Positions 25,401 through 32,795 of a DNA stretch of 64,000 bases are shown in pieces. The stretch is from Candidatus Omnitrophota bacterium (lineage in GTDB: Bacteria > Omnitrophota > Gorgyraeia > JAFGHF01). Where the stretch lies: assembly GCA_042571705.1 (NCBI GenBank), contig JBHPFV010000001.1, forward strand, positions 110,630 to 174,629, read 5' to 3'. A program made the translations under genes and the position numbers. Each line of letters starts with the position of its first letter. Positions within the stretch are counted from its first letter, which is position 1. A model generated the notes under the pieces. It ran no database searches, was not told where the DNA came from, and saw nothing but the letters and a program-made list of their open reading frames with translations.

Positions 25401-25763
25401 ATGTTAGCCGATTTCTTAGAGAAAAGAAGGCATTCCAGGTTTGATTTGCGGGTTCCTTTGCGTTATCGCAGGATTCAGTCCGCCACGCAGGAATTTAAAG
25501 GCTCGCTGATAAAAGACTTAAGCCAAGGGGGACTAAGAATAGGCACCTTTGAATTTTTGCCGATTAACTTAAGGCTGGCCATGGAGATACCTTTGATCGC
25601 GGGGCTGAAGTCAGTTGAAGGTACAGCTCGGGTGGCTTGGGTGAAGAAGTCAAATTCAAGCCAGCAGTATGATGTGGGAGTAGAGTTTGAGAGCCTCAAC
25701 CATGGCGACCAGCAACAGATTACCAAGTTTCTTTACGCACGTTCGGAAGAAAAACCGGTTTAA
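25401..25763 (+). CDS. stand-alone PilZ domain protein (c-di-GMP receptor type)
   Basis: ATG 25401 follows GGGGAGAAAGGGGA. Both canonical motifs are present: KRRHSRF (RxxxR) and DLSQGGLRI (DxSxxG). Confidence 0.75.
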   Translation: MLADFLEKRRHSRFDLRVPLRYRRIQSATQEFKGSLIKDLSQGGLRIGTFEFLPINLRLAMEIPLIAGLKSVEGTARVAWVKKSNSSQQYDVGVEFESLNHGDQQQITKFLYARSEEKPV

Positions 25764-25767
25764 TAAA

Positions 25768-26727
25768 ATGAAACGAAACTTTATTTCAACAATTACAATT
25801 TTAGCGCTGTTATTAATTGGGGCGCAGACGGCTTGCGGCTATTGGATGTGGACTCCGGAGACAGGCAAGTTCGTTAACCCTAAGTATGCCGTCAAGCAGA
25901 CGCCGGAGAAGCAGTTCGAATGGGCGCTGAACTTCTATCAGGCCGAGGATTATAAAAAGGCCATCGACGAATTCAAAAAGTTAATTAACAACTATCCGCT
26001 TTCTAAATTAGCCAGTGAGGCCCAGTTTTATATAGCCGACATTTACGAAAATTTAGGTAATTATTATCAAGCCTTTGAAAATTATCAAATGGTAATTGAT
26101 AAATATCCCTTTACCGAACGGGTCGAGGAAGTCATCGAAAGAGAGTACCGGATCGGCAACCTGTTCTATACAGGTCAGAAAGATAAGCTCTTAGGTATGC
26201 CGATTTTACCCGCCAAGCCGCGGGCGATCGAGGTGTTTACTCAGGTAGTCGAGAACGCCCCTTACGGGGAGTACGCCGATATTGCCCAATTTAAACTAGG
26301 TGTTTGCTACATGGATCTGAAGGACTACATCAATGCCGCTTTGGCCTTTAAGAAGATCATTGAAAATTATCCGCAGAGCGCGTTGGTCGATGACGCCAAA
26401 TATAAAATCGCCATGTGCGCGGCCAATTCCTCAAGCGGCCCGGAATATAACGAAGAGGATACAGATAACGCGATCAAAGAATTTAATGACTTTGTCAGGC
26501 GGTATCCTGATAGCCAAATGGAGAAAGAGGCCCGCCAATTTATCGACAGCTTAGAAGCGCAAAAGGCGGAGAAGATATTTAATATCGCTCAATTTTATGA
26601 GAAACGGAAAAATTCAAAAAGCGCCTCGATTTATTATGAAGAGATATTAGAGGAGTATCCGCATAGCGAATGGGCGGTCAAGGCGCTGGAGAAATTGCAA
26701 ATCATCCGTAAACAGGAAGAAAGATAG
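25768..26727 (+). CDS. bamD: outer membrane protein assembly factor BamD (YfiO-type TPR lipoprotein)
   Basis: ATG 25768 gives MKRNFISTITILALLLIGAQTAC-GY (lipobox). TPR-rich sequence typical of BamD (…FEWALNFYQAEDYKKAIDEFKKLINNYP…). Confidence 0.7.
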   Translation: MKRNFISTITILALLLIGAQTACGYWMWTPETGKFVNPKYAVKQTPEKQFEWALNFYQAEDYKKAIDEFKKLINNYPLSKLASEAQFYIADIYENLGNYYQAFENYQMVIDKYPFTERVEEVIEREYRIGNLFYTGQKDKLLGMPILPAKPRAIEVFTQVVENAPYGEYADIAQFKLGVCYMDLKDYINAALAFKKIIENYPQSALVDDAKYKIAMCAANSSSGPEYNEEDTDNAIKEFNDFVRRYPDSQMEKEARQFIDSLEAQKAEKIFNIAQFYEKRKNSKSASIYYEEILEEYPHSEWAVKALEKLQIIRKQEER

Positions 26728-26738
26728 CGGGTAATTTT

Positions 26739-27281
26739 ATGATCAGAAAATTTGTGTTGGCGCTATTGTTGGCCTTAAGTACAGCAGGATGCGGTTATAC
26801 CACCGGCTCACTCTTACCTGAGCATCTGAAGACTATTCGCGTCCAACCGTTTCGCAATAAGATTCAATTGACCGCTGAGGTGCCGGCGGACCAATACCGT
26901 TTTCGCAGCTATACCCCCAATTTAGAGACTGATATCACTAAGGCAGTGTTGGATAGATTCCTCACCGACGGAAATTTAAAAATTGTCGAAGAAGCGAACG
27001 CCGATTTGATCTTAACCGGAGTATTAGTCGATTATTTGCGCCAGCCTGTGCGCTACGGCTCTGACAACGAAGACGTGGATGAATACCGGGTCAGTATCAT
27101 TTGCGCGGTGGAAGTTAAGGATGTCCGGGACGGCTCAACATTATGGCAAGATCCCCGGGTGATCGGAGACTCGACTTATAATGTTTCAGGGACATACGCG
27201 GTTAGCGAAGCGGCAACCATAGATAACGCTGTTGCCGATTTAGCCAGACGCATAGTTAACCGCACCATTGAAGGATGGTAA
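26739..27281 (+). CDS. lptE: LPS-assembly lipoprotein LptE-like
   Basis: 180 aa with lipobox LSTAGC-GYTTGS. LptE-like size and sequence, and the conserved lptE-holA adjacency. Confidence 0.6.
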   Translation: MIRKFVLALLLALSTAGCGYTTGSLLPEHLKTIRVQPFRNKIQLTAEVPADQYRFRSYTPNLETDITKAVLDRFLTDGNLKIVEEANADLILTGVLVDYLRQPVRYGSDNEDVDEYRVSIICAVEVKDVRDGSTLWQDPRVIGDSTYNVSGTYAVSEAATIDNAVADLARRIVNRTIEGW

Positions 27282-28147
27282 AGCTCAAACAGTCTTCAGT
27301 TTACCTGCTCGCCGGAACTGAACAATTCTTAAAACAGGAAAGTTTAGCGCAGATTAAATCTGCCTGCCTCGATAAAGAATCTTCCGATTTTAACTTTAAC
27401 GTCTTTTATGCCGGCTCAGACAGTTTAGAAAAGATTTTAAGCTGTGCCCAGACTAAGCCTTTTTTAGGTAAAAAAAGGCTGGTTTTGGTTTACCAAATTG
27501 AACAGTTTTCCGCGGCCGACAAAAAACTCATCCTTCCCTATCTAAAAACCGATTTATCCCAGACCGTGCTGGTTTTAGAGACCGGGCAAAATTATCTTAA
27601 TCAAGGATTTTTTGCCGAACTCACTCAAGGCGCGCAGGTAATTTTTTGCCGGCCCCTGGAAGGGCCAGCGGCGCTGGCCAGCTGGATTAAAAGGTACCTG
27701 GCGCCGGAGGACAAAGAAATTGCCGAAGATGCCCTGACGCTTTTACTTGGCCATCTCGGCGGCAATTTACAATCCTTGGCTGCGGCTTTAGAAAACCTGA
27801 TCTTATATACTGGAGGGCGCCGGAAGATTGAACGGGCTGATGTGGAAGTGTTGGTGGGTATAGATCTCAGCGCCAACGCCTTTGAATTGTTTGAGGCCGT
27901 ATTGGGTGGGGATCGCGATCGCTGTTTTGAAATTCTGGATAGTCTGCTAAAAAAAGGAGTCAATTCAGCGCAGATCATCGGGGCCTTTGCCCATAAGCTA
28001 ATTACGCAAAGAAACAGCCCCTTTTTTAACGAGTATCTTTTAGATTTACAGAGGACTGACAGCGAGATTAAAGGCGGCCGGCAGACTCAACGCTTGGGGC
28101 TGGAGCTGATGTTAACCAGATTAACCAACAGGCGCTTAAGCGTTTAA
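27275..28147 (+). CDS. holA: DNA polymerase III subunit delta
   Basis: 290 aa. VYLLAGTEQFLKQESL...KPFLGKKRLVLV is typical of HolA, and the gene follows lptE as in many diderms. Confidence 0.75.
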   Translation: MVKLKQSSVYLLAGTEQFLKQESLAQIKSACLDKESSDFNFNVFYAGSDSLEKILSCAQTKPFLGKKRLVLVYQIEQFSAADKKLILPYLKTDLSQTVLVLETGQNYLNQGFFAELTQGAQVIFCRPLEGPAALASWIKRYLAPEDKEIAEDALTLLLGHLGGNLQSLAAALENLILYTGGRRKIERADVEVLVGIDLSANAFELFEAVLGGDRDRCFEILDSLLKKGVNSAQIIGAFAHKLITQRNSPFFNEYLLDLQRTDSEIKGGRQTQRLGLELMLTRLTNRRLSV

Positions 28148-28404
28148 GCTTTTTTTAGGCTGCGCACCAGGCGGGATTTTTTGCGGGAGGCCTTTTTTTT
28201 GTGGATTACTTTTTTGTTGGCCGCTTTATCTAATTTCGAGACCAATTGAGTAAGTACTTTTTTTGCCTGTTCAATCTGTTTCTTGGCCATCAGGTCTAAG
28301 AAATTTTTGTTGAGTGTCTTCAGTTCCGAGATAGCCTGGATATTTGTGTGATGTCTTTTTTTGGCCTTGCGTAGTTCTTTGAAGGCCGATTTTTTTATTG
28401 GCAT
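28144..28404 (-). CDS. rpsT: 30S ribosomal protein S20
   Basis: MPIKKSAFKELRKAKKRHHTNIQ...; the ORF extends to 28437 but the S20 N-terminus starts at 28404. Its stop codon overlaps the holA stop (TTAA). Confidence 0.85.
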   Translation of the reverse strand: MPIKKSAFKELRKAKKRHHTNIQAISELKTLNKNFLDLMAKKQIEQAKKVLTQLVSKLDKAANKKVIHKKKASRKKSRLVRSLKKA

Positions 28405-28458
28405 TTTTAAACCCCTTTGTTTTGGGAATGATAGCATATTCGAGGGTTTTTGTCAAGC

Positions 28459-30015
28459 ATGCAAAGCAAATCCTTAATTAAATCCGCGCGGGTGATTGGT
28501 TTGGCCACCTTGGCCAGCCGGATCTTAGGCTTTACCCGTGACGTCATCATTGCTAAGTTGTTCGGTACCGGGGTTCGGGCTCAGGCCTTTGTGGTCGCTT
28601 TTAGGATTCCTAATCTCTTACGCCGGCTGGTTGGGGAAGGCAGCACTAATAGCGCGGTAGTGCCTGTTTTGGCCCGGCTCCATCAACAAGACCGGCACCA
28701 TGAGTTTTGGCAGGTGGCCGGCTGTCTTTTGAATGTCTTGCTGGTGTTCTTGGCGGTGTTGACATTATTAGGCGAGCTGTTTGCGCCCTATATTGTGCGA
28801 ATTCTGGCCCCCGGCTTTATGCAGGATCCGGCAAAATTAGACCTGACCATCCGGATGACCAGGTTTATGTTTCCTTATCTGCTTTTGGTGGGTTTATCGG
28901 CCTACGCGATGGCAGTATTAAATTCTTTAAAGCATTTTAGCTTACCGGCCCTGGCCCCTTGCATGCTGAACATCAGTTTGATTGTGGCCAGCTTATTGCT
29001 TTGCCCGCGACTGGCTGAGCCGGTTGACGGTCTGGCTTGGGGGGTATTAATCGGCGGATTTTTGCAGCTGGCTATTCAGGTGCCTTTACTGATTAAAAAA
29101 GGTTTATTTAAAGAGAAAAGCTCTGGATTTATTCATCCCCGGGTCAAGGAGATCGGCAGGTTATTCCTGCCGCGCACCTTAGGTATCGCGGTTTACCAGG
29201 CCAATATCTTTATTGACAGTATCTTGGCTTCTTTGGCCTGGATTGCCGGCCAGGGGGCGGTAGCGGCGCTCTATTTCGCCAGCCGTCTGGTGCAGTTTCC
29301 CTTGGCCTTGTTTGGCTTGGCTTTGGCCCAGGTGGTTTTGCCGGCCTTATCCGGAATGGCGGCGCAAAAAGACTTTGTTCAATTGAAAAACACAGTTTCT
29401 TTTTCGCTGCGCAGCGTATTGATCATGATGGTTCCGGCCACGGTGGGGATGATGGTTTTGGCCCGTCCGTTAATTTATATCTTATTTGAGCGGGGAAGTT
29501 TTTCCAGCTATTCTACAGACATGACCGCCGCGGTATTATTGTTTTATTGCCTGGGCTTGACTTGTTATGCCGGCATAAAAATATTAGCCTCATGTTTCTA
29601 TTCGCTTAAAGACACCTTTACTCCGGTGAAGATCGCTTTCTTTTCCTTATTAATTAATTTAGTCTTGAATCTGATTTTAATGCGTCCGCTTCAGGTAGCC
29701 GGATTAGCTTTAGCTACGGCGATCGCGGCCGGTTTTAACATGCTGATGCTTTTATCTATTTTAAGTAAAAAAGTGGGCTCGTTTGGCGAGCTACGGCCGA
29801 CTTTAAAAAAAGTAATTATCGCCGCATTTTGTATGGGCGCGGTAATATGGTTTTTCTTTTATCAGACCCAGGTGCTCACGGCCACAAAGCTCCTGCTGAG
29901 TGTAAAATTGTGCATTTCTATTTTGTTGGGGATCAGCACCTATCTAGCGATGTTAAAGATTATTGATCCGGAGGCAGCCGAGTTATTTTACAGATGGATA
30001 TTAAAAAGAAAGTAA
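28459..30015 (+). CDS. murJ: lipid II flippase MurJ (MviN)
   Basis: MQSKSLIKSARVIGLATLASRILGFTRDVIIAKLFG... with a multi-TM MOP-family profile. TTG 28450 is an alternative start. Confidence 0.85.
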   Translation: MQSKSLIKSARVIGLATLASRILGFTRDVIIAKLFGTGVRAQAFVVAFRIPNLLRRLVGEGSTNSAVVPVLARLHQQDRHHEFWQVAGCLLNVLLVFLAVLTLLGELFAPYIVRILAPGFMQDPAKLDLTIRMTRFMFPYLLLVGLSAYAMAVLNSLKHFSLPALAPCMLNISLIVASLLLCPRLAEPVDGLAWGVLIGGFLQLAIQVPLLIKKGLFKEKSSGFIHPRVKEIGRLFLPRTLGIAVYQANIFIDSILASLAWIAGQGAVAALYFASRLVQFPLALFGLALAQVVLPALSGMAAQKDFVQLKNTVSFSLRSVLIMMVPATVGMMVLARPLIYILFERGSFSSYSTDMTAAVLLFYCLGLTCYAGIKILASCFYSLKDTFTPVKIAFFSLLINLVLNLILMRPLQVAGLALATAIAAGFNMLMLLSILSKKVGSFGELRPTLKKVIIAAFCMGAVIWFFFYQTQVLTATKLLLSVKLCISILLGISTYLAMLKIIDPEAAELFYRWILKRK

Positions 30016-31385
30016 AAAATTTTCCCGATTCACCGGGCGTGTATTTAATGAAAGACACAGACGGTGAGATTCTTTACGTGGGCAAGGCCTGTTCGTTAAG
30101 AAAACGGGTCGGTTCTTATTTTCAGAAACCACCCACGGCCAAGACCCAAGAACTCATCCGGCGCTCTCGCGATATCGAATACCTTGCGACCTCCTCCAGC
30201 GCCCAGGCGCTGTTGTTGGAAAATATCTTAATCAAAAGGCATCAGCCTTTTTATAACGCCGCGCTCAAAGACGATAAAAGTTATCCCTATGTAAAAATCA
30301 GCGCCGATGAATATCCGGGTATCTCCATTGTCAGGGGAGAAAAAGTAAAAGGGGCGCGTTATTTCGGTCCTTACACCAGCGTCAAGTTGTTGAAAACAGC
30401 CTTAAAGGCCATCCGTCCGCTATTTCCTTTTCGCAGCTGCCGCCGGCTGCCGAAAAAACCCTGCCTTTATTTTCAGCTTAAACTTTGTCCGGGGATCTGC
30501 GCTGGGAAAGTTGAGCCTGGGGCCTACCGCGATACTTTAAGGCAGTTGGAACTTTTTCTTGAAGGCCGGCACAATGAATTGCTGCGCCATTTGCAGGATC
30601 AGATGCGGCAGGCCGCTGGCTTGAAGCAGTTTGAGCAGGCCGCTAAGTTAAGAGACAGGATAAATTCTTTGGTTGAGATTATTTCTCAGACCAAGCAGCC
30701 CAGTGGCGCCGATTTAATTGTCGAGTTGCAAAAGACCTTAGGCCTGTCTGAGCCGCCATATCGAATTGAGGCCTTTGATATCTCCGAAATCTCCGGGGCC
30801 GGTTTATCCGGCTCGATGGTTAGTTTCTTATCCGGCTGGCCGGACAAGAACAATTATCGCAAATTTAAGATCAGGACAGTCAAAGGAATTGATGATTACG
30901 CGATGATCGCCGAGCTGCTGCGGCGTCGCTACGCCCCGGAAAAAAGAAAAGTTAACTCACCCTTGCCGGACTTAGTGATTATTGACGGCGGAAAAGGACA
31001 TCTCAACTTGGCCCAAAAGACCTTGAAAACCTTGGGCCTAACTGAACTTCCGGTGATTGCCTTAGCCAAGCGCTTAGAGACTATTTACGCTTGCGGCGGT
31101 AAGGTAATTAATTTACCCGGAGATTCAAAGTTACTGCATCTTTTGCAAAGGATTCGCGATGAGGCCCATCGCTTCGCGATTTCTTATCATCATAAATTAA
31201 GGGAGAAATCTCTGCGTCAGTCGGCGCTGGATGGCATCGGCGGTGTGGGAGAAAAGAGAAAAAAACTGCTGCTGCGCCATTTTAAAACCGTCTCGGCGCT
31301 TAAACAAGCGAGCCGGGCGCAGTTACTAAAAGTAAAAGGGATCGACCTCCGGACCGCCGAAAATATCAGTAAACATTTTAAATGA
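29994..31385 (+). CDS. uvrC: excinuclease ABC subunit C (compact, 463 aa)
   Basis: GIY-YIG (PGVYLMKDTDGEILYVGKA), UVR motif (FEQAAKLRDRINSL), RNase H-like endonuclease region (RIEAFDIS...VIIDGGKGHL) and a C-terminal (HhH)2. Confidence 0.85.
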   Translation: MDIKKKVKNFPDSPGVYLMKDTDGEILYVGKACSLRKRVGSYFQKPPTAKTQELIRRSRDIEYLATSSSAQALLLENILIKRHQPFYNAALKDDKSYPYVKISADEYPGISIVRGEKVKGARYFGPYTSVKLLKTALKAIRPLFPFRSCRRLPKKPCLYFQLKLCPGICAGKVEPGAYRDTLRQLELFLEGRHNELLRHLQDQMRQAAGLKQFEQAAKLRDRINSLVEIISQTKQPSGADLIVELQKTLGLSEPPYRIEAFDISEISGAGLSGSMVSFLSGWPDKNNYRKFKIRTVKGIDDYAMIAELLRRRYAPEKRKVNSPLPDLVIIDGGKGHLNLAQKTLKTLGLTELPVIALAKRLETIYACGGKVINLPGDSKLLHLLQRIRDEAHRFAISYHHKLREKSLRQSALDGIGGVGEKRKKLLLRHFKTVSALKQASRAQLLKVKGIDLRTAENISKHFK

Positions 31386-31388
31386 ACA

Positions 31389-31688
31389 ATGAAACAATCA
31401 GATTTTGAAACCAAGGTTTTTAAGGCCGTGACCCAGATCCCGTTTGGCCAGACCCGCAGCTATAAGTGGCTGGCAAAGCGGGCCGGCTACCCGCGGGCAG
31501 TGCGGGCGGCGGCCTCTGTTTTGAAAAAGAACCGCGACTTATTTGTGGTGCCTTGCCACCGGGTGATCAGCTCAGACGGCTCGCCCGGCGGCTATGTCTT
31601 AGGCCAGAAAATAAAAAAGATGCTTCTCGACCTCGAGCATGCTATAATAATCAAGCAAGAAAGTTACAGGAGAAGGAAGGGAAGGTAA
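31389..31688 (+). CDS. ogt: methylated-DNA--protein-cysteine methyltransferase, DNA-binding/catalytic domain only
   Basis: 99 aa with the active-site motif VPCHRVI. Its stop overlaps the prfB ATG (TAATG). Confidence 0.7.
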   Translation: MKQSDFETKVFKAVTQIPFGQTRSYKWLAKRAGYPRAVRAAASVLKKNRDLFVVPCHRVISSDGSPGGYVLGQKIKKMLLDLEHAIIIKQESYRRRKGR

Positions 31689-32792
31689 TGTTAGAAGAAT
31701 TAAGAGGAAGATTGAAGGGAATTGACAAGCACCTGGCCCAACTGCGAGGTTATCTTTGACGTCGAAAAAAAGCAGTCGCGGATAAAAGAGATTGAGCAGG
31801 AGATGTCGGCGCCGGATTTCTGGAAGGACAATAAAAAGGCCCAAGAGATTATAGTTGTGCTCAAGGGTTTAAAGGCTGGTTGTCAGCCCTGGGAGAAAGC
31901 GAGCGAGAAATATAAAGAATTACAGGAGCTGATCGAGATTGTCGACAACCACGATCAGGTTTCTATTGCCCAGTTGGAAAAAGACCTGGCCCAATTAGTT
32001 CGAGATTTAGATAAATTGCAATTAGCTACTTTGCTCAGTGGTGAAGAAGACATAAATAATGCCATTTTAAGTCTGCATGCCGGGGCCGGCGGCACCGAAT
32101 CCTGTGATTGGGCGGCGATGCTGACCAGGATGTATCTGCGCTGGGCGGAAAGAATGAGTTTTTCGGCGACTACTTTAGATTTTCTGCCCGGTGAAGAGGC
32201 GGGGACCAAGAATATTACAATCATGATTAAAGGTGAATACGCCTATGGGTATTTACAGTCAGAGATTGGGGTCCACCGGCTGGTGCGGATTTCTCCTTTT
32301 GATTCTAATAAACGCCGGCATACTTCGTTTGTCTCGGTAGACGTGATTCCTGAAATTAGCGACGACATTAAGATCGAAGTCAAACCCGATGAATTAAAGA
32401 TTGATACCTACCGCGCCAGTGGCGCCGGCGGCCAACATGTGAATGTCACCGACTCAGCGGTGCGGATTACGCATCTGCCTACCGGTATTGTGGTCCAATG
32501 CCAAAATGAGAGGTCGCAGTTTAAAAACAAATCCCAGGCGATGAAGATATTACGCGCCCGGCTGCATGAAAAAGAAAAGACCGAACAGCGCAAACGAATA
32601 GAAGCAGGTTATGCCCTGAAGCAGGAGATTGCCTGGGGCAGCCAGATTCGTTCTTACGTAATGCATCCTTATACCATGGTCAAAGACCACCGGACTAATT
32701 TTGAAAAGGGTAATGTTGGCGCCGTAATGGACGGTGAAATCGATAAATTTATCGAGATGTATCTAAAGTGGAAAGTACAGGGAAAGAAATAG
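31688..32792 (+). CDS. prfB: peptide chain release factor 2, requires a programmed +1 frameshift (31688..31756 joined to 31758..32792)
   Basis: Frame-0 leader MLEELRGRLKGIDKHLAQLRGYL ends at an in-frame TGA (31757-31759). The +1 frame continues DVEKKQSRIKEIE... and carries SPF and GGQ (SGAGGQHVN). Confidence 0.9.
31746..31760 (+). promoter_or_regulatory. RF2 autoregulatory +1 frameshift site
   Basis: GAGGU-UAU-CUU-UGA-C: an internal SD-like GAGGT, 3 nt, then the slippery CUU followed by UGA C. Same layout as E. coli GGGGG-UAU-CUU-UGA-C. Confidence 0.9.
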
Positions 32793-32795
32793 GTT

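Noticed and set aside
29994-31385. UvrC appearing truncated (463 aa versus ~600 aa typical)
   Set aside because: All functional modules (GIY-YIG, UVR, RNase H-like endonuclease, HhH2) are present in order. The shortening is in the linkers, consistent with a compact genome rather than a pseudogene.
31466-31759. 97-aa ORF treated as an independent gene
   Set aside because: Only its last 23 codons (from ATG 31688) are meaningful, as the frame-0 leader of prfB ending at the frameshift UGA. The upstream part overlaps the MGMT gene out of frame.
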